From Halothiobacillaceae bacterium UBA5861 (GTDB lineage: Bacteria > Pseudomonadota > Gammaproteobacteria > UBA5861): a stretch of DNA of 64,000 nucleotides. Under the pieces are notes generated by a model. It ran no database searches and was not told where the DNA came from. It saw only the letters and a program-made list of their open reading frames with translations. The translations under genes were made by a program, and so were the position numbers. The stretch is from contig DJFX01000047.1 in assembly GCA_002432635.1 (NCBI GenBank), forward strand, positions 320,766 to 384,765, read 5' to 3'. Below are positions 49,066 to 58,455 of the stretch, one piece after another (positions within the stretch are counted from its first letter, which is position 1; each line of letters opens with the position of its first letter).

Positions 49066-49985
49066 CAACTGACATTGGACTCTGGGGCGTGCCTCTCGCA
49101 ATTATCGGCGGCGCCATTCGTGTTTCAACACCGTTTTTATTCGTGAGCCTGGGCGAGTGCTTAACTGAACGTTCAGGCCGTATTAATCTTGGATTAGAAG
49201 GCACACTCGTCTTTGGCGCCATGTCTGGCTATGCTACCGCTTACCTCACCGGGTCACCCTGGCTGGGCGTGCTTGCGGCGGCTATCTGTGGCTTTGGCTT
49301 TGGGCTGGTACATGGGTGGATATGCGCTCTTCCACGGGTTAATGATATCGCCGTTGGAATAGCTCTGATGCTATTTGGCATGGGCCTGGCTTTTTTCTTT
49401 GGCAAACCCTTTATTCAACCTGTCGCGCCAGACCTGCCAACTATTAACCTGGGGGCCTGGTCAGACATCCCCCAAATCCAGGCTGCGTTAAAAATCAATG
49501 TGTTATTTATTATTGGTATTGTACTGGCCGTCACCATGGCCTGGATGTTTCGCAACACTCAACTGGGCCTGACCATTCGAGTCGTGGGCGATAGCGATGC
49601 TGCAGCTCGTGCCATGGGTTTAAAAACGAATAGGATACGTTTTCTCAGCACAGCGTGTGGAGGGGCTTTAGCAGGTATCGGCGGTGCCTACCTGTCTCTT
49701 TACTACCCCGGCAGCTGGAACGAAGGCTTATCTTCCGGCCAGGGCTTAATGGCCGTAGCACTGGTGATCTTTGCTCGCTGGAACCCACTGAACTGTTTCT
49801 GGGCGGCCCTTTTATTCGGTGGTGCAGGTGCGTTAGGCCCGGCACTCCAGTCCATTGGCATCACCCAGGGGTATTATCTTTTTTATGCCGCACCTTACGT
49901 TTTGACCTTGGCGTTATTAATTGCAACCAGCTCACCTTCGAAAGCACTCACCGGCGCTCCCGGTGCGCTGAGCATTACCCGTTAG
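49062..49985 (+). CDS. ABC transporter permease (BMP-type, YufQ-like)
   Basis: Internal start MTTDIGLWG overlapping the upstream stop (ATGA); polytopic. Confidence 0.8.
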   Translation: MTTDIGLWGVPLAIIGGAIRVSTPFLFVSLGECLTERSGRINLGLEGTLVFGAMSGYATAYLTGSPWLGVLAAAICGFGFGLVHGWICALPRVNDIAVGIALMLFGMGLAFFFGKPFIQPVAPDLPTINLGAWSDIPQIQAALKINVLFIIGIVLAVTMAWMFRNTQLGLTIRVVGDSDAAARAMGLKTNRIRFLSTACGGALAGIGGAYLSLYYPGSWNEGLSSGQGLMAVALVIFARWNPLNCFWAALLFGGAGALGPALQSIGITQGYYLFYAAPYVLTLALLIATSSPSKALTGAPGALSITR

Positions 49986-49994
49986 GAGCTTTTT

Positions 49995-50672
49995 ATGACA
50001 ACGATTAACGCGGATCCTTACCATTGGCCTTACAACGGTGACTTAAAACCCGAAAATACCGCTCTGATCATAATCGATATGCAAACCGATTTTTGCGGGT
50101 TGGGCGGTTATGTTGACAGCATGGGGTACGATCTTGAATTAACCCGAGCCCCAATCGAACCCATCCAATCGGTGCTGAGCCACATGCGGGCCAAGGGCTA
50201 TCACATCTTACATACCCGGGAAGGGCACCGGCCGGACTTATCGGATTTGCCTGACAACAAGCGCTGGCGTTCACAGCAGGTGGGTATCGGCATTGGCGAT
50301 GCTGGCCCCTGCGGAAAAGTACTCGTGAGGGGCGAGCCCGGCTGGGAGATCATCAATGAACTCCGCCCGGAACCCGGTGAAGTGATTATCGACAAGCCAG
50401 GCAAAGGTAGCTTCTATGCCACAGACTTGGAACTGATCTTACACACTCGCGGCATTCAGAACATTATCCTCACAGGCATCACAACAGACGTTTGTGTTCA
50501 CACCACCATGCGCGAAGCCAATGACCGGGGATTTGAATGCCTTATTCTTGAGGACTGTTGTGGCGCAACCGATCAGGGCAACCATCACGCGGCCATCCAC
50601 ATGATCAAAATGCAAGGCGGTGTTTTTGGCAGTGTGTCCAACAGCCAGTCCATACTCAATGAGCTGCCCTGA
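49995..50672 (+). CDS. isochorismatase-family (cysteine) hydrolase, RutB/BiuH/CSHase-like amidohydrolase
   Basis: Catalytic Asp region [11 protein letters not shown] and Cys motif [20 protein letters not shown]. Confidence 0.8.
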   Translation: MTTINADPYHWPYNGDLKPENTALIIIDMQTDFCGLGGYVDSMGYDLELTRAPIEPIQSVLSHMRAKGYHILHTREGHRPDLSDLPDNKRWRSQQVGIGIGDAGPCGKVLVRGEPGWEIINELRPEPGEVIIDKPGKGSFYATDLELILHTRGIQNIILTGITTDVCVHTTMREANDRGFECLILEDCCGATDQGNHHAAIHMIKMQGGVFGSVSNSQSILNELP

Positions 50673-50679
50673 GCCACCC

Positions 50680-52230
50680 ATGACGCATATCGAAAAGAAG
50701 ACCCACAGCGCGATTGGCATTGAAGTCATTGGAATGACAATGCGCTTTGGGAGCTTCACCGCTTTGAACCAGGTGTCCCTGAAAATTCCCCCCGGTCACT
50801 TCCATGCGCTGCTGGGAGAGAATGGCGCAGGAAAATCAACTCTGGTGAAGTGCATGATGGGTTTTTATCAGGCCACCGAGGGAGAAATCATCGTCAACGG
50901 CCGCCAAGCCGAAATCCTCGCACCGCAAGATGCGCATGCATTGGGCCTTGGTATGGTCTACCAGCACTTTACCCTGGCACCGTCCCTCACCGCCGCTGAA
51001 AATCTGCTGGTTAGCCGGCGTGATGCTTCTACCGTTATCCATTGGTCACAGGAAAAACAAAAACTGACCGATTTCTTGGGCACGATGCCCTTTACTGTTC
51101 CCCTGGAACGGAAGGTTTACGCACTCTCAGCCGGCGAAAAACAAAAACTGGAAATACTCAAACAACTGTATCTCGGCTGCCATTTTTTAATTTTGGACGA
51201 ACCCACCTCTGTGCTCACATTATCGGAAGCCGACGAAGTGCTGGGCCTGATACGCCAGTTATGCCAAGCAGGCCAAATTACGGCCTTGATGATTTCCCAC
51301 AAGTTTCGCGAAGTCACCACCTATGCCGACGAGGTGACCATCTTGCGCAAAGGGGAACGGGTTGGGCAGGGCCAAACGTCTCAACTCTCAGTTGCTGAAA
51401 TGGCAACCATGATGGTGGGTAAACCCGTTACCCAAAACATTTATGAGCGCCAGCCACACACACCTGTCCCCGTGCTCTCACTGGAAAATATCTGTTGTGA
51501 AGATCGCAGTGGCCTGAAAAGCATAGAAATCGACTCACTCAACGTGTGTGCAGGCGAAATTGTCGGCGTTGCAGGCGTCTCTGGCAATGGCCAGGTCGAG
51601 TTGATGGAGGTGCTCACGGGTCAGCGCTCACTGCAAGCCGGTGGTATTTATGTCCAGGGTGAACCTTTTCGAGCCACACGCGAGGAAGCCTTTAAACACA
51701 ATGTACGTTTTCTCCCAGAGGAACCGCTACATAATGCCTGCGTTTCGGGCATGTCCGTCAAAGAAAATATTGCGCTCCGGGATTTCGACAGAGATCCCCA
51801 GCAAAAACGCTTATTCTGGCTTAAAAAGCGCTTGATGCGCTCACGATCAGCCCAGCTGGTGACGGATTTCAATGTTAAAACAACCTCACTGGACACACCC
51901 ATTGAGTCTCTCTCTGGGGGCAATATACAGCGCGCCGTTCTCGCCCGGGAACTCACAGGCAAAGTTGACTTGCTCATCATCTCCAACCCCTGTTTCGGCT
52001 TGGACTTTTCAGCCGTTGCGGATATCCGTGACCGCATTATGCAGGCCCGCAACGCGGGTGCCGCCGTTTTACTCATCAGCGAAGACCTCGATGAAATTAT
52101 GGAGTTATCAGATCGGGTACTGGTGATGTCTGAAGGCCAAATCACTTATGAAAGCCCGATTGAACAGACAACGCTTGAACAGATTGGTCAGCACATGGCC
52201 GGCCACAGGACAACCGCATGGATAAACTAA
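50680..52230 (+). CDS. ABC transporter ATP-binding protein with duplicated NBD (BMP/sugar-type double ATPase)
   Basis: First Walker [10 protein letters not shown] and second NBD with LSGGNIQR signature; start at MTHIEKK after the upstream stop. Confidence 0.85.
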   Translation: MTHIEKKTHSAIGIEVIGMTMRFGSFTALNQVSLKIPPGHFHALLGENGAGKSTLVKCMMGFYQATEGEIIVNGRQAEILAPQDAHALGLGMVYQHFTLAPSLTAAENLLVSRRDASTVIHWSQEKQKLTDFLGTMPFTVPLERKVYALSAGEKQKLEILKQLYLGCHFLILDEPTSVLTLSEADEVLGLIRQLCQAGQITALMISHKFREVTTYADEVTILRKGERVGQGQTSQLSVAEMATMMVGKPVTQNIYERQPHTPVPVLSLENICCEDRSGLKSIEIDSLNVCAGEIVGVAGVSGNGQVELMEVLTGQRSLQAGGIYVQGEPFRATREEAFKHNVRFLPEEPLHNACVSGMSVKENIALRDFDRDPQQKRLFWLKKRLMRSRSAQLVTDFNVKTTSLDTPIESLSGGNIQRAVLARELTGKVDLLIISNPCFGLDFSAVADIRDRIMQARNAGAAVLLISEDLDEIMELSDRVLVMSEGQITYESPIEQTTLEQIGQHMAGHRTTAWIN

Positions 52231-52889
52231 CGATTCAGGCCAGGCCTCACGCCTTTAGCTACCAGCCGAACACATCTGCGCTGATCGTCATTGACATGCA
52301 ACGTGACTTTATTGACTCCGGTGGATTTGGAGAGAGCCTGGGGAATGATGTTTCCCGGCTGCAAAAAATCATTCCCGCAGTGAAACGGCTGATCAACGGT
52401 TTCCGGGGCGTTGGCATCACGATCATCCACACCCGGGAATGCCATTTACCAGACTTATCTGACTGCCCGGACGCAAAACGTTACCGGGGTAACCCCGGTC
52501 TTCGAATCGGCGACCCAGGCCCCATGGGACGCTTGCTGGTAAAAGGTGAACCGGGCGTTGAAATTATCCCAGCACTTGCACCCATCCCCGGTGAAAAAGT
52601 CATCGACAAACCTGGAAAAGGGGCTTTCTACCACACGGACCTGCAAGAGTTTTTACAAGACCAACACATCGAGACCTTGTTTTTTGCCGGGGTTACCACC
52701 GAAGTGTGTGTTCAATCAACCATGCGGGAGGCTAATGACCGGGGCTACTTCTGTCTGTTAGCGCGTGATGCAACAGAAAGCTACTTTGACGTCTTCAAAC
52801 AAACAACCATCGACATGATTGAAGCCCAAGGCGCCATTGTGGGATGGACCGCCACAGTCGATGACATTTTGACTTCTTTTCATGCTTAA
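52218..52889 (+). CDS. isochorismatase-family hydrolase, paralog of 49995-50672
   Basis: [11 protein letters not shown] and [20 protein letters not shown]; same Cys-PGK(G) spacing as the paralog. Confidence 0.8.
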   Translation: MDKLTIQARPHAFSYQPNTSALIVIDMQRDFIDSGGFGESLGNDVSRLQKIIPAVKRLINGFRGVGITIIHTRECHLPDLSDCPDAKRYRGNPGLRIGDPGPMGRLLVKGEPGVEIIPALAPIPGEKVIDKPGKGAFYHTDLQEFLQDQHIETLFFAGVTTEVCVQSTMREANDRGYFCLLARDATESYFDVFKQTTIDMIEAQGAIVGWTATVDDILTSFHA

Positions 52890-53238
52890 GCCAGGTATTT
52901 TTCAAACACTACTCAGCGAGGGCTGGAAACAGCACCGTTTCGAACCCTTTCACGAAGGTGTACAAATCTGCACTTTGTGGGCAGAAGAAACCACGCTGGC
53001 GCTCCTCAAGTACGAGCCGGGGGCCTCAGTCCCCCGCCACCGCCATACCGGGACTGAGCTGATTCTCGTGCTAGAAGGCTCACAAAGCGACGAACATGCG
53101 ACTTATCCGAAAGGGAGTGTCATCCTCAACCCGGCGGGTTCAGAACACTCGGTTTGGTCTGAGCAGGGTTGTGTTATTTTAATTCACTGGGAAAAGCCGG
53201 TCGAGTTCATCAACGCTTGTGATGAAACATTTAAATGA
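52882..53238 (+). CDS. cupin-domain protein (ChrR-like cupin)
   Basis: 118 aa; His-containing cupin motifs [16 protein letters not shown] and GSEHSV. Confidence 0.5.
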   Translation: MLKPGIFQTLLSEGWKQHRFEPFHEGVQICTLWAEETTLALLKYEPGASVPRHRHTGTELILVLEGSQSDEHATYPKGSVILNPAGSEHSVWSEQGCVILIHWEKPVEFINACDETFK

Positions 53239-53369
53239 AAATGCCACAAAATGTTTTATGCGTTAATCATTTTGACAAACACCACCCATCAGCACCTTTA
53301 CTGACAAGCAAGTCCCCTTGACCCCGTAAGTATTCATGGGGTCGCCTTCGAGGGGCAGGTCGCCCTTAG

Positions 53370-54491
53370 CTAGCCCGACCGGGTAGGTAAAACCACGACA
53401 CCGCCACCTTCACAGGAAATCTCATCATCCTGAGTGACAGCTCGAATTTCGACGGCAACCATGAACTTTCCATCTTTTTCATATTTATCGGTCACTTGTC
53501 CGCTGATAGTAAGCAGATCACCCACAACATTATGCCTGCGAATACGGGCATTTAGCTTGTATAGCCAGCCATCATCACCCATCCAGTTGGTTAAAATGTG
53601 TGTCATCCAGGAAATACGCTCTGGGCCGTAGTCGTAAGGTGCAGGTGCACCAACGCGAGTCGCGAGCGCATCTTCCCAGTGAACTCGCTCAGGGACATCC
53701 GGAATATTTTGAGCATTTGGAATGGATGCACTCGGTGCCTTTTTCAGCAGTTTGTAGAGTAACTTGTGTGAACGAATAAAAATTCCTCCCCAACCCTGTA
53801 CAAAAGCAAGAAAGCCCGTCACGGTCATCGGACCCTTTAGAATGGATGGAATTGCATCGCCAATTTTGACATCTTCCCAATAAAGTGTCTCACCACCACG
53901 GACATATTCGTTGATGTACTGCTCCGAAATCGCTTCAATTTCTGCGTCGGTATAGCGCTTATCCAGCTTGATATCTTCGTATTTCTTACCTTTTTCACGG
54001 GCAGAATCTCGCTCTGTACGAAAAGCCCACTGTTCGCATTCCGCGACTTTTTCATCATCTTGGTTAAAGAAATCGAAGTGAACAATCTGTTGAATGGACT
54101 TCCCGGAAAAGCGCGTTTTATGTTCGACTAAATCTTTCAGGTACGATTCTGTACGTATTTTTGTGCCAACTGGCATCGGTAAGTGCCAGGTCCAATTACC
54201 ACCGGCATACATTGCATGAATACCCGGCAACCCGTGGTAGGCATTCATTGGTGTCATCGCATGTAAAATACTGGGCGGTGCAATATTATTTTTATATTTG
54301 GATTGTTTACCGTATTCGCTGTCCAACCAGAGCGGGTTATCATCACCAATTCCGTGTGCGTAGTGACGAATCGCGTCTTCGTTACACTCGGTGAGCCACA
54401 CCACCGTATTTTCCATTTTTTTGCCAATGGTTTTACGCAACTCTTCGACCGCTTGATCGGAGATTGCCGGGAATCTACTCTCTGTGGACAT
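53370..54491 (-). CDS. double hotdog-fold MaoC-type acyl-CoA hydratase/dehydratase (itaconyl-/mesaconyl-CoA hydratase-like architecture)
   Basis: 373 aa with two hotdog halves; C-terminal MaoC signature region. Confidence 0.6.
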   Translation of the reverse strand: MSTESRFPAISDQAVEELRKTIGKKMENTVVWLTECNEDAIRHYAHGIGDDNPLWLDSEYGKQSKYKNNIAPPSILHAMTPMNAYHGLPGIHAMYAGGNWTWHLPMPVGTKIRTESYLKDLVEHKTRFSGKSIQQIVHFDFFNQDDEKVAECEQWAFRTERDSAREKGKKYEDIKLDKRYTDAEIEAISEQYINEYVRGGETLYWEDVKIGDAIPSILKGPMTVTGFLAFVQGWGGIFIRSHKLLYKLLKKAPSASIPNAQNIPDVPERVHWEDALATRVGAPAPYDYGPERISWMTHILTNWMGDDGWLYKLNARIRRHNVVGDLLTISGQVTDKYEKDGKFMVAVEIRAVTQDDEISCEGGGVVVLPTRSG

Positions 54492-54507
54492 TGTCTTTCC
54501 TCGTTAA

Positions 54508-56982
54508 TTAATAAATTATTTTCTTCTTTTTTAATTGTTCAATCGTTGATTGTTCCAAGCCAAGAATCTTGTCATAAACATAATCATCGTGCTCCCCTAG
54601 CAGAGGGGCCGCACTATAGATATCCAATGGAATCTTGCTCATTTGCCAGGGTATTCGGTACAGGTCTATCTCACCAAGCAAGGAATGTTTAGCCGTTTGG
54701 CGGAGCTTGCGACTGGCAAAGTGCGGGTGCTTGAATTGCTCTTCGATGGACAGTAACGGGGTTGCAGGTACACCTTCATCGCTCAACCTCTCTGCAATGT
54801 CATCCCGGTTTTGCTCGGCTGTCCATGCGTTTAAAGAATGCTCAATGCGGACTTCGTGTGCACGCCGGTCCTCCAACGTGTCAATATCATGCCACTCAAC
54901 CGGCTCCCCCATTATTTTTTTCAGTTGCCTCCATTGCTGATCGCTTTCCACGCTGATTGCAACCCACTGGTCTCGTCCGGCACATTGAAAATGACCGTGA
55001 GGTGTGAATAGCGGATGTGGGTTGATGGTTTTTTGAGTGCGCTTTGGATTATCTCCATTCCATTGAGTATCAATCATTGCCTCGGCAATGGCAGAAGCAC
55101 CGACTTCAAGCTGGGAGAAATCAATGTATTGTCCCTGCTGACTTTTCCGCCGGTGATACAATGCCGCCAGGATTGCATAAAGTGCGTGAATCCCTGCACT
55201 CATATCATTCAGCCCAAAATTGAGCATGCCAACAGGCGCTTCCCCCGGATACGCGAGCAAGGACTCAAGCCCCGAATACCCTGATAACACCGGTGCATAA
55301 CCTTTCAAGTCAGCGATGGGGCCGGACTGCCCAGCGCTTGATAGTGAAATCATCACCAGATCGGGACGTACTGTCTTTAATGAAGTGTAATCCAGCCCCA
55401 GTTTTGCAAGCGTACCCGGCGTGAAGTTTTCCAGCACAACATCGCTCTTGGCAACCAGGTTACGCAGCAGCTCTGCACCTTCTTCTGTTTTGATGTTAAG
55501 GCGAATGCTGAGTTTGTGGCGATTGACTTCATGGTAGAAAGGACCAAGTTCAATTGATTTTCCAGGTATTCGAAACAGCTCACCATCAAAGGTAGGGGCT
55601 CCTCTCAATCGGGCATTATCAAGCCGTTTCGTATGTTCAACTTTGATGACTTCCGCACCCAGGTCTGCGAGAAAGCCGGCCGCAAATGGGCCAGCCCAAA
55701 CCCATCCCAAGTCCAGTACGCGAAGCCCTTCGAGGGGGCGTTTGATGCTTTGCCTATGCGGAGTTTCCATGTTTGCTCGTTGGGTGAACTCTGAGCGGAT
55801 ACTGACGTTATGCTCCCCAAGTCGAGGGGGTGGTTTTAATGGCGGAACCGAACCACCGCTAAATTGAAATGGCATTTTGGGGATCTTCACTGGACCTCGC
55901 TCTACCATATCAAGTGTTCTAAAAAACTGGCGATGGGCAAATTGTGCTTCTTCAAGCGCTTGCCCAACGGTATTGACTGGCGCCATTGGAAAGCCCCACT
56001 GCCGAGCGAGTTTAAATAATTCCTGTTGTGTATAACGGGCAATCAATGGGCTGATTAATGCGTCAACTTCAGCGGAATAGTCCCGCCCCATCGCCACTTG
56101 GTCACGGTAGCGAGGGTTGTCCGCCCAATCCGGATTACCCATCGCCTTTAAAAACTGATCCCAGTCACGGGTAGACCTCGCAATCATCACAACCATGCCA
56201 TCTTTGCACGGGTAAAGCCCAAGTGGATAAGGCCCCATCGTGCCAAATGCCTGGTGCCCAGCTCGTTGCCACTGCAGGCCGTAGTAAATCATCAAGCTCG
56301 ACTGGATACCGGCATAGTTGGCCAAAATATCAGCCACTGATATGTCAATGAACTGGCCGCAACCGGTATCATCCCGCTGGATAAGTGCTGCCATTACAGC
56401 GGCGGCGGCATGCACGCCTCCTTGTGTATCCGCAAGAGTCAGTGGTAATTGCAGTGGTGCTTTATCGGGTGAACCAATGGCCCATGATGTCGATGACAGT
56501 GCGCTGGCATGTATTGCTGAGCCCAATCGGCCAGCGTAAAGTCCGGCCCAACCAAAATTACTGATTGCACAATAAATCAGGTGTGGATGCGTTTGTTTCA
56601 GGCTGTCGTAATCAAGACCGGCTTGCATCAACGCACTTTTATCCAACGCAGTTAAAAAAATATCACTGGATTTTAGGCGCTCAGCAAGCCACAGTTGGTC
56701 GCTTCTATCATCAAAATTAATGGTGATGGACTCTTTTCCGGTATCAAGAAAAGTGTGCAAAGCACTTTGTTCAATCTCTGGCTTGTCCTTTGGAAAGGGG
56801 CCATAGTGGCGGGCCAGCTTGCCATTAAAGGGTTCAAGCGAGATGACCCGGGCACCCATTTCAACAAGCAAGTGCGAGGCGTAGGGGGCTGAAGCAAGCC
56901 CACCCACTTCAATAACCGTGATTTCAGATAAGGTTTTATAGATATTTTTCATAGCATTAGAAATCAAAATCCCAAAAACCAT
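54508..56982 (-). CDS. tandem-fused family III CoA-transferase (two complete CaiB/BaiF/Frc-like domains in one 824 aa chain)
   Basis: Two repeats each beginning with a Rossmann-like L(x)VIEVGG / LRVLDLGW motif and each retaining a catalytic-Asp loop (ADTQGG; NDMSAG). Confidence 0.8.
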   Translation of the reverse strand: MVFGILISNAMKNIYKTLSEITVIEVGGLASAPYASHLLVEMGARVISLEPFNGKLARHYGPFPKDKPEIEQSALHTFLDTGKESITINFDDRSDQLWLAERLKSSDIFLTALDKSALMQAGLDYDSLKQTHPHLIYCAISNFGWAGLYAGRLGSAIHASALSSTSWAIGSPDKAPLQLPLTLADTQGGVHAAAAVMAALIQRDDTGCGQFIDISVADILANYAGIQSSLMIYYGLQWQRAGHQAFGTMGPYPLGLYPCKDGMVVMIARSTRDWDQFLKAMGNPDWADNPRYRDQVAMGRDYSAEVDALISPLIARYTQQELFKLARQWGFPMAPVNTVGQALEEAQFAHRQFFRTLDMVERGPVKIPKMPFQFSGGSVPPLKPPPRLGEHNVSIRSEFTQRANMETPHRQSIKRPLEGLRVLDLGWVWAGPFAAGFLADLGAEVIKVEHTKRLDNARLRGAPTFDGELFRIPGKSIELGPFYHEVNRHKLSIRLNIKTEEGAELLRNLVAKSDVVLENFTPGTLAKLGLDYTSLKTVRPDLVMISLSSAGQSGPIADLKGYAPVLSGYSGLESLLAYPGEAPVGMLNFGLNDMSAGIHALYAILAALYHRRKSQQGQYIDFSQLEVGASAIAEAMIDTQWNGDNPKRTQKTINPHPLFTPHGHFQCAGRDQWVAISVESDQQWRQLKKIMGEPVEWHDIDTLEDRRAHEVRIEHSLNAWTAEQNRDDIAERLSDEGVPATPLLSIEEQFKHPHFASRKLRQTAKHSLLGEIDLYRIPWQMSKIPLDIYSAAPLLGEHDDYVYDKILGLEQSTIEQLKKKKIIY

Positions 56983-57080
56983 GATGGATTATTTTCTTTA
57001 ATAGCCACTATAGATGAACAACCCGTTTTGAATCAAAAGCAGGATGACTTCATTTTGACATCAAGCAACTGACGTTTATA

Positions 57081-57197
57081 AACCAACAAACAGGTGTTGC
57101 AACCGCAAAGGCGGCAGGTGTCAAACGATGACTTGAATATTCAGCAAGGTAGGCCTGAATCACTTCATCAAGCGTCGCATAATGGGCGGTTGAAAAC
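57081..57197 (-). pseudogene. diverged duplicate fragment of glk (about residues 31-68 of the glucokinase at 61619-62629), frameshifted
   Basis: ~86% nucleotide identity by eye to 62418-62536, with 1 nt deletion. Confidence 0.6.
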
Positions 57198-57211
57198 ATT
57201 GGATATATGCT

Positions 57212-57331
57212 TCGAAAGGGAGTGTCATCCTCAACCCGGCGGGTTCAGAACATTCGGTTTGGCCTGAGCAGGGTTGTGTTATTTTGATTCACTGGGAAAA
57301 GCCGGTCGCATTCATCAACACTTTTGATGAA
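57212..57331 (+). pseudogene. diverged duplicate of the 3' end of the cupin gene (52882-53238)
   Basis: ~92% nucleotide identity by eye to 53108-53226. Confidence 0.65.
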
Positions 57332-57339
57332 GCAACGCC

Positions 57340-58443
57340 TTAAACGATCGCCTCTTCGGTGGCAGGATCAAACGCAACAATCATGGACGTATCAAAACCA
57401 AGCGCCATGGTCTCACCCACCTGACAAAGAGAGGAAGGTTGCACCCGCGCGATCACATCGGTTTTATTCAGACAAGTCGTCACCAAGGCATCGGGGCCTG
57501 TGAGCTCCACCCGATTTATCCGGCAGACACCGATTTGGATACGGCCCTCATGTTCCGGGGCATGGGTAATTTGCTCAGGACGGATACCCAACACCACCGC
57601 TTTGCCCACCCAAGCTTTGAGCGCTTGCGTGCAGTGCACCAAAGGAATGAAGATGCGCCCGGCGCCTCCTTCAAGAAAGGCTCCTAAACCCGATTCGGTT
57701 TGCTCGACCACAGCGGGAATAAAATTCATGGACGGAGAACCAAGAAAGCCCGCCACAAACATATTTTTGGGCGCATTATAAATAACCTGGGGCGGGCCAA
57801 ACTGTTGGATGATACCGTCTTTCATCACAGCGATGAGGTCACCGAGTGTCATCGCCTCAATCTGGTCATGCGTCACATACACCACGGTAGATTGAATCCG
57901 CTGATGCAGTTCTTTCATCTCGGCCCGCATTTCCACTCGCAGTTTGGCGTCAAGGTTACTCAGCGGTTCATCAAACAAGAAGATTGAAGGGTCACGCGCC
58001 AGCGCCCGCCCCATGGCCACCCGCTGACGCTGGCCACCGGAGAGCTGTGAGGGCTTTCTGTCCAGTAAATCTTCGATTTGCAGCATGGTTGCTACGCGCT
58101 GAACAGTTTCACGCTGTTCGGCTTTTGGCACTTTGCGAATCTCCAGGCCGAAGGAAATATTTTTGCGTACCGACATGTTGGGGTAGAGCGCATAGGACTG
58201 AAAGACCATAGCGATATCCCTGTCTTTGGGGCTTAAGTTCGTAACTTCACGCTCCCCAATATAAATATGGCCGCTGGTTGCGGCCTCTAAGCCCGCAATA
58301 ATATTCAACAAGGTTGACTTACCACAGCCCGACGGGCCAACCAGGATCAGAAATTGCCCCGGTTCAATGGCCACATTGATCCCTTTGAGCACCTCGGTAT
58401 CACCAAAAGACTTATATACATTCTCTATTTTTAACGCATGCAT
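57340..58443 (-). CDS. sugar ABC transporter ATP-binding protein, MalK/UgpC/GtsD type
   Basis: Walker A GPSGCGKST, LSGGQRQRVA, C-terminal TOBE-like domain. Confidence 0.85.
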   Translation of the reverse strand: MHALKIENVYKSFGDTEVLKGINVAIEPGQFLILVGPSGCGKSTLLNIIAGLEAATSGHIYIGEREVTNLSPKDRDIAMVFQSYALYPNMSVRKNISFGLEIRKVPKAEQRETVQRVATMLQIEDLLDRKPSQLSGGQRQRVAMGRALARDPSIFLFDEPLSNLDAKLRVEMRAEMKELHQRIQSTVVYVTHDQIEAMTLGDLIAVMKDGIIQQFGPPQVIYNAPKNMFVAGFLGSPSMNFIPAVVEQTESGLGAFLEGGAGRIFIPLVHCTQALKAWVGKAVVLGIRPEQITHAPEHEGRIQIGVCRINRVELTGPDALVTTCLNKTDVIARVQPSSLCQVGETMALGFDTSMIVAFDPATEEAIV

Positions 58444-58455
58444 CAGTGATTCACT

